Shown piece by piece: positions 19,923 through 28,627 of a stretch of DNA of 64,000 nucleotides (the stretch's first letter is position 1; each line of letters begins with the position of its first letter). Origin of the DNA: Rhodospirillaceae bacterium. GTDB taxonomy: Bacteria > Pseudomonadota > Alphaproteobacteria > GCA-2746255. The stretch lies in contig NVWO01000001.1 of the NCBI GenBank assembly GCA_002746255.1, forward strand, positions 230,102 to 294,101, written 5' to 3'. The notes below the pieces were generated by a model, which was not told where the DNA came from, did not search any database, and saw only the letters and a program-made list of their open reading frames with translations. The translations under genes were made by a program, and so were the position numbers.

Positions 19923-20203
19923 GGCATTGACACGTTAAGTCGTTAGCTGGCTAGGGCAGGGGTCGGTTCGTCGACGCGAACAAAAACAACAGCACTTTCA
20001 AGTCGCCGGGATCGGCCCAACGGTTTCTGTCGATTCACGCTGCCGTCTACAACCTCTTCTACGTCCAACACCACCTTTTATCTCGACGTATATTCAAGGC
20101 ATTTCAAGCCGAGACTTTCACTGTCTGGAATCAAGGTTGGCTTGCAGCCTAATCCGGGTCACGATCCAATCGTGGCAACCGCGGAAGTTAACGTGTCAAT
20201 GCC
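19923..20203. mobile_element. IS6-family-like internally deleted element (MITE-like, both inverted repeats retained)
   Basis: Terminal inverted repeats ggcattgacacgttaa (19923) and ttaacgtgtcaatgcc (ends 20203). The interior keeps only a transposase C-terminal coding remnant (HAAVYNLFYVQHHLLSRRIFKAFQAETFTVW). Confidence 0.65.
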
Positions 20204-20298
20204 GTGGATTTGTGTAGGTAGAAAATTTCCCTAAATTTTCATTTACAGAAATCATCGAGCATATAGTCTAAACATCTTAAGGATGGGCGGAATAAGCA

Positions 20299-20335
20299 CT
20301 CTCGGGGGGGGGGCTCTTTGCATGTCCCCCGAGAG
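20299..20335 (+). promoter_or_regulatory. perfect 10-bp-stem hairpin containing a G10 tract, upstream of the sbcD-like gene
   Basis: CTCTCGGGGG-(16 nt)-CCCCCGAGAG. The run of ten G spans 20304-20313. It lies about 80 nt before the TTG start at 20414. Confidence 0.5.
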
Positions 20336-20413
20336 ACATCGTTGAAATTACGGCACGACTCAAATTGGCTGAAGGTCTGACGACGAGAAATTAACGAACA
20401 GGGAAGCACGATA

Positions 20414-21688
20414 TTGCCTTCGTTTCGCTTTCTTCATACTGCAGACATTCATCTGGATAGCCCTTTGAAAGGGTTGTCTGGGCATGAGGGTAGTCTGACT
20501 GAGCGTATTCGCGGCGCGACCCGTGAGGCTTTTGACCAACTTGTTGGCCGCGCTATTGAGGAACAGGTCGATTTTTTAATCATCGCAGGCGACCTGTACG
20601 ATGGTGATTGGCGAGACTACAAAACAGGCCTGTTTTTCGTCAACCAAATGGGTCGCCTTAACAAAGCGGGAATTCCGGTGTTTCTGCTTTACGGCAATCA
20701 TGATGCAGAGAGTCAGAACACTCGCCGCCTCGTTTTGCCGGAAAATGTGAAAGTTTTCGGCAGCAGAAAACCTGAGACATTTAAGCTTGATGAGTTGAAC
20801 GTCGTCATCCATGGACAGAGCTTCCGACAGCGAGACATCAGCGAGAATCTCGCTCTGACTTATCCAGACCCGGGCGCGGGTGAATTCAATATTGGTGTTC
20901 TGCATACCGGTCTCGGTGGCATGGGCGGACATGAAAATTACGCCCCCTGCGACCTTAGTGATCTCGTGAACAAGGGTTACGATTATTGGGCGTTGGGTCA
21001 CGTGCATCAGGCTCAGGTGCTACATGAGCGACCGCACATTGTCTTCCCTGGCAACCTTCAGGGACGCCACGTTCGCGAGACCGGCAGCAAAGGAGCATGC
21101 CTGGTTTCGGTGGAAGATGGGGAGATCAATGATCTTACTACTCTCCACAGCGATGTGGTGCGATGGTCTGTGGTGCCGGTTGAACTGGAAGACGTCGCCA
21201 GTGTGGGCGAAGCTTTCGATCGGATCCGGGATGCGCTTGAAAATGCTGTGACCAATTTTGGCGAGGGACGCTTGTTGGTATGCCGGGTGCAGCTGCATGG
21301 TCACACAGAATTCCACGAACAGCTTTTGGCCACTGGGGATCATGTTCTCGCCGAGGCGCGCTCCAGTGCCTTGGGGCTGGGCGAAGACATAGCGTGGGTG
21401 GAGAAGGTCGTAATTGAGACGGAACCGTTGATCGATTTGCAAATCAGGGCTGATCGTGAAGACGCTATTGGCGATTTACAGCGTATGCTTCGAGAGGCCG
21501 GTGCTGATGCAAACCTTATAGAGCAACTCGACAGGGATATCGGCGAGATAGTTCGACGGTTGCCTCATGAAGTGCGCGCCGATGTTGAAGATGTTGCGCT
21601 AAGGGCGGCAATTGAGGGCGATCACGCCGGGCTGATCGCAGACGTTACGCCCTACCTATCAGCTCGTCTAACAATGAAGGAGGGCTGA
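20414..21688 (+). CDS. SbcD/Mre11-family metallophosphoesterase (YhaO-like DNA exonuclease subunit)
   Basis: The N-terminus FRFLHTADIHLDSP and the motifs IIAGDLYD, GNHD and GHVH match calcineurin-like nuclease motifs. TTG start preceded by an AGGGAAG Shine-Dalgarno-like sequence. Confidence 0.8.
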   Translation: MPSFRFLHTADIHLDSPLKGLSGHEGSLTERIRGATREAFDQLVGRAIEEQVDFLIIAGDLYDGDWRDYKTGLFFVNQMGRLNKAGIPVFLLYGNHDAESQNTRRLVLPENVKVFGSRKPETFKLDELNVVIHGQSFRQRDISENLALTYPDPGAGEFNIGVLHTGLGGMGGHENYAPCDLSDLVNKGYDYWALGHVHQAQVLHERPHIVFPGNLQGRHVRETGSKGACLVSVEDGEINDLTTLHSDVVRWSVVPVELEDVASVGEAFDRIRDALENAVTNFGEGRLLVCRVQLHGHTEFHEQLLATGDHVLAEARSSALGLGEDIAWVEKVVIETEPLIDLQIRADREDAIGDLQRMLREAGADANLIEQLDRDIGEIVRRLPHEVRADVEDVALRAAIEGDHAGLIADVTPYLSARLTMKEG

Positions 21689-21690
21689 GC

Positions 21691-24600
21691 GTGCGGCTGC
21701 GACGCCTTGATCTTCTTCGTTATGGGCACTTCACGAAAAAAGTTGTTGAGCTGCCTACCGATGAGACCGATTTTCATATTATTTTCGGCCCCAATGAAGC
21801 TGGCAAATCCACGGCACTCGCCGCGATTGAGGACTTGCTGTTCGGTATTCCGATGCACTCGCCCTATAATTTTTTGCATGATTATTCGGACATGCGCATT
21901 GGCGCTGTTCTTGAGAGTGAGAGGTCATCACTCGAGGTCTTCCGACGAAAAGGAACGAAATGTACCCTTCTAGGTCCAGACGACCTGCCATTAGCTGGTG
22001 GTGAGGGGGCGTTAAGATCATTTTTGGTTGACGCGGATCGATCTTTTTTTGAACGCATGTTTAGTCTCGATCACGTGCGTCTCGAAGAAGGTGGCCGTGA
22101 AATTTTGGAGGCGAATGACGAAATTGGCCAGATGCTCTTTTCCGCAGGAGCCGGCGTAGCGGGCCTGCGGGATCGACTCTTGGACTTGTCGAAGGAAGCT
22201 GACGATCTGTGGGGAGCGAGAAGAGCCTCGCGCCGGCTTTTTACCCAGGCAGAAGATAAGCTCAAGGAGGCCGACAAAGAACTGCGGGAGCACACATTCA
22301 CGGCGAACAAATGGCAGGGACTAAAGCGCGCTTACGAAACGGCTGATGAGGCCTACATTGAGGTTGAGGGGAATTTTGAGAAGGTATCCGCCGAAGGGAA
22401 ACGCCTTAGTCGCATTCGTAGGATATATCGCTACGTCCGCATAAAGACCGAACTGGATGGACAGCTCGACGCCCTTGGAGAGGTTGTCTTGCTTCCAGAG
22501 GAAGCCGGTCAGGTTCTCGAAAGCGCGGAGCGCAATGAAACGAAAGCTTCTGCAGCGATCGACACTCTCCTCGGTCAACTGGAGCAGGTAACTCAGGATC
22601 TGAAAGCTCTTACCTTTGACAAAATGCTTGTGCTGCGGGCGGATGATATGCGCGAGCTTCATGAGCGCCGAATCGAAATTCGTCGCGAAAAGGCTGATCT
22701 GCCAAAACGCCAATCCGAACTCGATGTTGCAGATTCCGAATTGCGAGCTTTGGCGAAAGAACTAGGCTGGTTGGAGGATGATGTCGATACGTTGATTTCC
22801 CGCATTCCGGCGCGGGCTAAGGTCGGTGTCGTACGTTCATTGCTTGAGCAACGCGGTGAGTTGGCTGCAAGCGTAACGAAAAGCACTCAAGCGTTGGATG
22901 AGGCTCAAGCCGATTTAATCAAACTCCGCGATCGCCTTGGCGAAATGGGTGAGGTGATCGACGTCTCCAGATTGGCGGCGGTCGTAAAGACGGTGCGTGA
23001 GAGCGGCGACATTGCCGGTCGAGTTGCGCTTGCGGAGCAACAGGCCACTGAGGCACAGGAGCGTGTTGATCGTTTGCTTGCTTCAATGAATCCGGTGCTT
23101 CCTAATGAAAATGACGCGGCAGAGATAAAAGTGCCGCCACGTGCGGGGGTTCAAAAGCACCGCGATAAGGTTCAGGATTGGGATCGGCACTTCCGAGAGG
23201 CGCACCAAAAGACTGAAGCAGTTGAGCGCGAAGCGGACCGCGCAGGAAAGGCTTTCGAGCGCACTGTTCGCAACGAACGCGCCTTTACTAGTAATGAACT
23301 GGAGGATGCGCGACGCCATCGCGACGTGCTCTGGAATTTGGTGAAGCTCAAGCACATCGAAAATGTCCCTATCTCAGATGAGGAACATGCGGCCTACGCC
23401 GATGAGCTTGAAAACTTACCTGCAGCCTTTGAACCTGCGATGCGATTGGTTGATGAAATCACTAACCAGCGATTTGATAATGCCGAGGCGGTCGGACGGT
23501 TGGTGGAAATGTCCCGCATTATTGACGAGCAGAAAGAACTGCTCGACCAGCAACTGAAACAGGAACTGGCGCTCACAAAAGAGGAAGAGCAGCTAAAGTC
23601 CGACTGGCAAGCCATGTGGAAAACCGCGCCGTTCGAACCCTTGGAGTCTGACGCCATGTTGGATTGGTTAGATGCACGCAGCGAACTACTGAAAGCGGTT
23701 GAACAGCGCGCTGACGTGAACGGCGGATTGAAAATCCAACGCAAGGAAGAGCATGAATCGAAAGAGAGGCTTTTGACGGAACTGGCAGCCCTTGATGTCG
23801 ATCGCGTCCCTCTGGAGGACGACATCCTTCGGGTAGTTTTGGAACGAGCAACTAACGTGCAGCGCGAGCAAGAAACTGCGGCCCAGGGCGAGGCTCAGTT
23901 GGAAGAAAGTGTGCAGGATGCGGAAGATGAGGCGGAGCGATGTGAGCGCGATCACGACCGTGCTGAAAAGGCATGGGCAGAGTGGCAGGGACAGTGGTCC
24001 ATGGCCCTGAGGGAACTTGGTTTAGCTGCCGATTTGCTTTCAGACGCGGTCGGCGCACAGATTGAAGTAATAGATCAAATGCGCGACTGGGCGGGTAAGG
24101 TCACTCAACTGCGTCATGATCGCATCGATAAAATAGTTCGGGACGTCGCCGATTTCGAGAGTGTGGTCGCTGAGATTGTCCAGCAAGTGGCTAAGGACTT
24201 ACTAGGTAAACCAGCAGATGAGGCCGTAGTCAAAATTGAAATGCGATTGGCAGAGGCTCAACGTGTTCAGGAGCTTCATAAAAGCAAGTCGGAAGAGGTG
24301 GACGGTCTCGAAAATCAGATTACGGCTATGAAAGAAAGCCGGCATGAGGCAATGGAGTCCTTGATCCCTTTCAAGGAAGCTGCAGGTGTGGATGACGCGA
24401 AGGCGCTCAAGGCGGCAATTGAAAGTTCTGATGCGCTGCGCCAACTGCAAGGCAAGGTGGCTGAAAACCTGCAAACAATGGAGCAAGAAGGAGATGGGCT
24501 GGCGGTTGATGAGTTGGAGAAGGAATGCGATGAAATCGACTTGGACCACGTCGCCGCGCGTGAAGAATCTATTGCCACTGAATTGGATGCATTGCGGCAG

Positions 24601-25212
24601 CAGCTGACCACTGCTGTTGAAGTCAGATCGCTGGCTAGAGAAGCGTTTCAGGCAATTAGGGGCGATGATTCTGCAGCACTAGCCGCCGCAACTCGGCAGG
24701 AAGCCATTGCAGAAATGCGAGAGGTGGCCACTCGTTATGTGCGCGTGCGAACTTCGGCGATATTGCTGCAATGGGCTATTGATCGCTATCGGCGAGAGAA
24801 GCAGGCACCTCTCCTCAAACGTGCTGGAGAACTTTTCGTAACGATAACGAGAGGGTCGTTCAGTGATTTACGTGTCGCCTACGACGATCAGGATCAGGCA
24901 CATTTAACTGGACTGAGGGCCGATGGAGAGGTTGTACGAGTGCCGGGTATGAGCACCGGAACTGCGGATCAGCTATATCTGGCACTTCGTCTGGCGTCGA
25001 TCGGAGATTATCTGGAACGCGCCGATGCATTACCTTTCGTTGCCGATGATCTATTTATCAACTTCGACGACGATCGTTCCGCTGCGGGTTTTGAGGTGCT
25101 CGGCAAACTAGCGCAGAAGACGCAGGTGCTGTTCTTCACCCACCACCAGCATTTAGTGGATATTGCTCGCAGCACCTTGGGAACGTCTGTCCATGTGGTG
25201 ACGTTGGCATAG
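21691..25212 (+). CDS. SbcC/Rad50-like (YhaN-type) ABC ATPase with a very long coiled-coil insert
   Basis: Walker A GPNEAGKST at the N-terminus. Signature-like MSTGTADQLYLALRLA, Walker B PFVADDLFINFDD and FTHH at the C-terminus. About 900 aa of charged helical sequence lie between them, with no CxxC hook. GTG start 3 nt after the sbcD-like stop. Confidence 0.8.
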   Translation: MRLRRLDLLRYGHFTKKVVELPTDETDFHIIFGPNEAGKSTALAAIEDLLFGIPMHSPYNFLHDYSDMRIGAVLESERSSLEVFRRKGTKCTLLGPDDLPLAGGEGALRSFLVDADRSFFERMFSLDHVRLEEGGREILEANDEIGQMLFSAGAGVAGLRDRLLDLSKEADDLWGARRASRRLFTQAEDKLKEADKELREHTFTANKWQGLKRAYETADEAYIEVEGNFEKVSAEGKRLSRIRRIYRYVRIKTELDGQLDALGEVVLLPEEAGQVLESAERNETKASAAIDTLLGQLEQVTQDLKALTFDKMLVLRADDMRELHERRIEIRREKADLPKRQSELDVADSELRALAKELGWLEDDVDTLISRIPARAKVGVVRSLLEQRGELAASVTKSTQALDEAQADLIKLRDRLGEMGEVIDVSRLAAVVKTVRESGDIAGRVALAEQQATEAQERVDRLLASMNPVLPNENDAAEIKVPPRAGVQKHRDKVQDWDRHFREAHQKTEAVEREADRAGKAFERTVRNERAFTSNELEDARRHRDVLWNLVKLKHIENVPISDEEHAAYADELENLPAAFEPAMRLVDEITNQRFDNAEAVGRLVEMSRIIDEQKELLDQQLKQELALTKEEEQLKSDWQAMWKTAPFEPLESDAMLDWLDARSELLKAVEQRADVNGGLKIQRKEEHESKERLLTELAALDVDRVPLEDDILRVVLERATNVQREQETAAQGEAQLEESVQDAEDEAERCERDHDRAEKAWAEWQGQWSMALRELGLAADLLSDAVGAQIEVIDQMRDWAGKVTQLRHDRIDKIVRDVADFESVVAEIVQQVAKDLLGKPADEAVVKIEMRLAEAQRVQELHKSKSEEVDGLENQITAMKESRHEAMESLIPFKEAAGVDDAKALKAAIESSDALRQLQGKVAENLQTMEQEGDGLAVDELEKECDEIDLDHVAAREESIATELDALRQQLTTAVEVRSLAREAFQAIRGDDSAALAAATRQEAIAEMREVATRYVRVRTSAILLQWAIDRYRREKQAPLLKRAGELFVTITRGSFSDLRVAYDDQDQAHLTGLRADGEVVRVPGMSTGTADQLYLALRLASIGDYLERADALPFVADDLFINFDDDRSAAGFEVLGKLAQKTQVLFFTHHQHLVDIARSTLGTSVHVVTLA

Positions 25213-25301
25213 AAGCCTACGACGACTAAAAGCCTCTGTTTTTCATGTCTGAATCAGATGCAAACCGCATCAAATAGTTTGGTCACTTGGAAAATGCGGG
25301 T

Positions 25302-27602
25302 TTAGGTTTCTAGTCCCGAAAGCTGTCCAGGTGCGAACTTCTTAACTACTAAAATGGCTTCCTTCGATGCCAAAAGAATATCTTCTTCTATGTGGGGCGC
25401 ATCGCTAAATTTTCCTCCATGGCAGAGGTCTTGTATGAGGACACTTTTTATTTCGATCTCATGTTCGTCATTGAGAAACTTCACGAATTCCCCAAAATTA
25501 TTTTTATCAGGACAACAGAACTTCCACATACCCTCAATTACGGAGCGAATTGAATTCGCAGTAGTGTGATTTGGTTCCACCGCTTTCTCGCTGACGTCAT
25601 AGACGTCTTTCAGTTGAAGCATGTGGGGAGTTGCAAAGGCTTTTTGGCTTCGCAGAAAATGCTCAGCCGAGCCAGAGACCAACTGATATAGGGCACCCGC
25701 TTTCACTATATTGTTGGTCGAAGCGACGTTATAAAAGTGATTGTTGTGCGTGAGAATTAGCATCTTCGGCTTGTGAGGATTACTCTTTAGGTTGAATTCT
25801 ATCTCTCCATCGTCCCCTATCCGAAGTAGCTTGAGGCACGTGATGATCGTGTACACGTAGTCGAAAGACATTGACGTGACAGGATCGTCAAATACGAAAT
25901 AGATTTTCTTGTAATCGTCGTTAGACTCCACGCGTAGATGGGTCTGCGCGATGAAATAGCAAAACGCCATTGCTGATTTTTCACCATCGCTCAGAGTACG
26001 ATCGCCGCCGCGAAGCATTTCTTTGTTGTTGCGACGGACCTTGAAGTTAGACTTATCGAAGGAGTATTTATCCTGAAAGAAGCGGCGCAGAAGCATCGAA
26101 AAAGTATCGGCTACACGCTCTCTTGCCGAGGCTTTTTCACCGTAGTTATTCGTTAAGGCTGTCAGATTCATCTGGAGTTTGGGTATTTCGGCAGATAATT
26201 TGCGGAGTGCTTCTATTTCCACCGAATTGTCTGTCGCGAATTTTTGTGTGAGCGCTTCGCATGCCGAAGATTGAAGAGATCGCCGTTCTTCGCCGGAATT
26301 GCTTGCTAGGGATGCCAGTTTGGCAAAATGTTTGTTGTTTTCTTCGCAGCGATTTTTGACTGACGTCGCGATCGCAAGATAGTCAGCATTGGGCATATTC
26401 AATGGCCGGTCGAGCTGATCAGTCTTGTCTTGCAGCGTCTTATTAAGGGCGACGAGAAAGGCGCCCAGGCTGTCCAAACTGTCATCAACATCAACCAGTT
26501 GTACGTTACTCATTGTAGAAAAATATGCTTTCAGAGAATCGAAACGAGCGTTGCTCTTGAGAATTGCTTCTCTCTCGTTTGCGATCAACTTCTGTTGCTC
26601 TTGAACATGTTTCAACTGCCCGTCAATACGCTTCCTATGCTGGGCCTCTTCGTCTTCAAAGTACGCCTTATAGGCGTCGATAGCGGTTGCAGCTAAAGCT
26701 CCAATTTCTTGAGTGCAGAACGGACAGTTGTTTTGATCGGCGTTAAGCATCTTTAGCCCTGACTCGAAAAAGGCTTCATCAGATACGATTTTAGTCTTGA
26801 AGGTATCTGCGACAGTGGAGAGGTTGGTTATGTTTGCCAACTCCCCGTTAATCGTTTCGGAGTTGACCGAGAAATCAAAATTTACGGCGACCGGTAAATC
26901 GGGGTCTGATGGCAAAGATTTGAATTTGTTGTATTGGGTGAGAAGGACTTCGACTGACTCAGCACTTCCATCAGCGGTATAGGGCGAGTCCAGAAAATAG
27001 CAGCCCGCATTGAGAGCCTTATAAGTTCCCAAAGAACCCGTAATATTGAAATCCTGTTTTAGTTTCAGTTGCGCTGCTTTGAATGAGGTGAAAATTTCCT
27101 CCTTGCCTCTCGAAAGAGTAGATTGCTTGTCCTCTATCTTTTTCTGGAGGACATCAAGATCGGCATTTTCCTTTCCGATGATGATTTCATGAGTAATTTT
27201 GCCATCAAGCTCCTCCAACTTGTTGCGCAATTCTTCGTCAATGTAATCTTCTGAGAAAACGTGAAAAATATACGCGGGTGTTGAGCGCGTGACAGTGCTT
27301 GTACTCTTGAATAGTTCCATGCCTCCAATCTTAGTTGTGTCTTCAAACAGATTGAAAATTCCGGTTCCCGAAACGGACTCTTCTGAAACCAGAAGATTTG
27401 GCACCTCACTGTCTTTAACCTTGGTGTTTGCCGCACCATCAAGGTGCCTCAGGGCCCTTGCAAGGAAGGATTTCCCAAACCCATTGCGCGCGAAGATGAG
27501 GTTTTGTTTTTCAGACGAAAGAAACTGATCAAGCTTCATGATCGGCCCAATATGCTGGGCTACAATCCTCAAACGGGGCTTTGATTGCGGAGGGGTGTTC
27601 AT
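25302..27602 (-). CDS. RloC-like ABC ATPase with zinc-hook coiled coil (AAA_13 / PrrC-RloC family), candidate anticodon nuclease
   Basis: Walker A ARNGFGKS, coiled-coil insert with CPFC, signature LSDGEKS and Walker B IYFVFDDPVTSMS. The C-terminal region carries R-x3-E (SIRSVIEG) followed by His residues. The gene is visibly AT-rich. Confidence 0.65.
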   Translation of the reverse strand: MNTPPQSKPRLRIVAQHIGPIMKLDQFLSSEKQNLIFARNGFGKSFLARALRHLDGAANTKVKDSEVPNLLVSEESVSGTGIFNLFEDTTKIGGMELFKSTSTVTRSTPAYIFHVFSEDYIDEELRNKLEELDGKITHEIIIGKENADLDVLQKKIEDKQSTLSRGKEEIFTSFKAAQLKLKQDFNITGSLGTYKALNAGCYFLDSPYTADGSAESVEVLLTQYNKFKSLPSDPDLPVAVNFDFSVNSETINGELANITNLSTVADTFKTKIVSDEAFFESGLKMLNADQNNCPFCTQEIGALAATAIDAYKAYFEDEEAQHRKRIDGQLKHVQEQQKLIANEREAILKSNARFDSLKAYFSTMSNVQLVDVDDSLDSLGAFLVALNKTLQDKTDQLDRPLNMPNADYLAIATSVKNRCEENNKHFAKLASLASNSGEERRSLQSSACEALTQKFATDNSVEIEALRKLSAEIPKLQMNLTALTNNYGEKASARERVADTFSMLLRRFFQDKYSFDKSNFKVRRNNKEMLRGGDRTLSDGEKSAMAFCYFIAQTHLRVESNDDYKKIYFVFDDPVTSMSFDYVYTIITCLKLLRIGDDGEIEFNLKSNPHKPKMLILTHNNHFYNVASTNNIVKAGALYQLVSGSAEHFLRSQKAFATPHMLQLKDVYDVSEKAVEPNHTTANSIRSVIEGMWKFCCPDKNNFGEFVKFLNDEHEIEIKSVLIQDLCHGGKFSDAPHIEEDILLASKEAILVVKKFAPGQLSGLET

Positions 27603-27918
27603 AACGGTGCGCTCTGTCTCCCGGAATTCTAGAATTTATCAGATCACGATGCAGGGAGAGCCCAGCATTGAGACCTTGAATTTCAATTCACTAAAGTCCG
27701 AACCGTCAATCACTGTAAAGTTGGCTATGACTGGTTTTGATCCTCTTGAGACGTTTGCCGAGCGCCAATCGATGATCGCATTGGGCTGATACCTATATAA
27801 CTAAGAGAGCGTATACTATTATTAATAAAAACCAATGACGAGTTACGTTGAAATACTCAGTTTTCAGTCTACGGCTGAATAAATAACGTAGCATTCCAAA
27901 TCATCATCCAGGTGTCGG

Positions 27919-27934
27919 GGCATTGACACGTTAA
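27919..27934 (+). mobile_element. solo IS6-family-like terminal inverted repeat
   Basis: ggcattgacacgttaa is identical to the repeat at 19923 and in the same orientation. No transposase follows it. Confidence 0.6.
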
Positions 27935-28025
27935 GTAATTGGCAATCGCACGGGCGATTCCTAGTGTGGGAACATTCGCACCGGTTTGAGCCACACAAAA
28001 GCTATAGTGCTAGTGGTTTCCAGAA

Positions 28026-28298
28026 TTGACGGCGAAGGAATGCGCGATGGAAAAGACAGATCAAGAAAGAGTTGTAGAAATGGGCGGGCCGACGCTTCTT
28101 GAAGCGCATCAGGTGGCTGTCACCTATGACGAAGAAAATGGCTACCAGATTCTTCTGCCTAGCACCGACGAACACGATGAAATGCCGGAGGGAGCGGCAA
28201 TTCTTGTTGCAACCGCCATGCGTTTGACTAGTGACGAGGCTCTTTATCAAGAGATGGTGGCGTGGCTAGACGCGCGCCAGGATGATTTGCGGAATTGA
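28026..28298 (+). CDS. small acidic hypothetical protein
   Basis: 90-aa ORF rich in Asp/Glu (possible start MEKTDQ at 28047). I do not recognise a family. Coding status is uncertain. Confidence 0.35.
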   Translation: MTAKECAMEKTDQERVVEMGGPTLLEAHQVAVTYDEENGYQILLPSTDEHDEMPEGAAILVATAMRLTSDEALYQEMVAWLDARQDDLRN

Positions 28299-28348
28299 TC
28301 AGGGCGTGGCGACTGCTCAACCGTCAAGATGCCCTTTTCGAGCTTTAA

Positions 28349-28627
28349 CGGTTGATCTCTGCGCATGTGGGGAACGGATTGTTTAACGTTGCACCCTCCA
28401 AGACAGATAATGGCTGCTTGTGAACTGTGTTTTTGGAAGGTAGGTCTTTCGGAGTACAAGAGGTATAATCGGCGCCAGGCATCGGGACACAGTCGGTCGG
28501 CGGCCTTCCATAAAGTCCCGGTGTTGGCTTCGACGGGCCGACCCCGCCGGGGCTTTTTTGCGACAATATATGAGCGTGCCGTGATACTTGCCAGGCAAGA
28601 TCGGTTGATCCCTGCGCATGCGGGGTC
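28349..28627 (+). repeat. structured noncoding element, copy B, flanked by two CRISPR-I-E-repeat-like hairpins
   Basis: Hairpin repeats lie at 28349-28375 (cggttgatCTCTGCgcatGTGGGGaac) and 28602-28627 (cggttgatCCCTGCgcatGCGGGGtc). The interior is homologous to copy A, including TATAAT (28464-28469) and a terminator-like hairpin with T-run (28531-28559). Confidence 0.6.

Noticed and set aside
19549-19933. N-terminal 128 codons of the 224-aa ORF 19259-19933
   Set aside because: Only the last 96 aa resemble DUF3489. The upstream part runs through a repeated noncoding element. Its second copy (28345-28566) is open in a similar frame but with mostly non-conservative differences and a different end. 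It also contains terminator-like and hairpin structures.
19874-28627. Calling the three I-E-like hairpin repeats a CRISPR array
   Set aside because: There are only three copies. Two are 253 nt apart, not about 61 nt, and the third is 8.5 kb away. The stems are degenerate in the canonical crRNA sense, and no cas genes or leader are in the window. I reported it as a finding instead.
19645-28627. Element copies A and B as template and variable repeats of a diversity-generating retroelement, given the nearby RT
   Set aside because: Differences between the copies are mixed transitions, transversions and indels rather than adenine-specific. Neither copy lies in a target gene 3-prime end. The RT has retron-type rather than DGR-type motifs.
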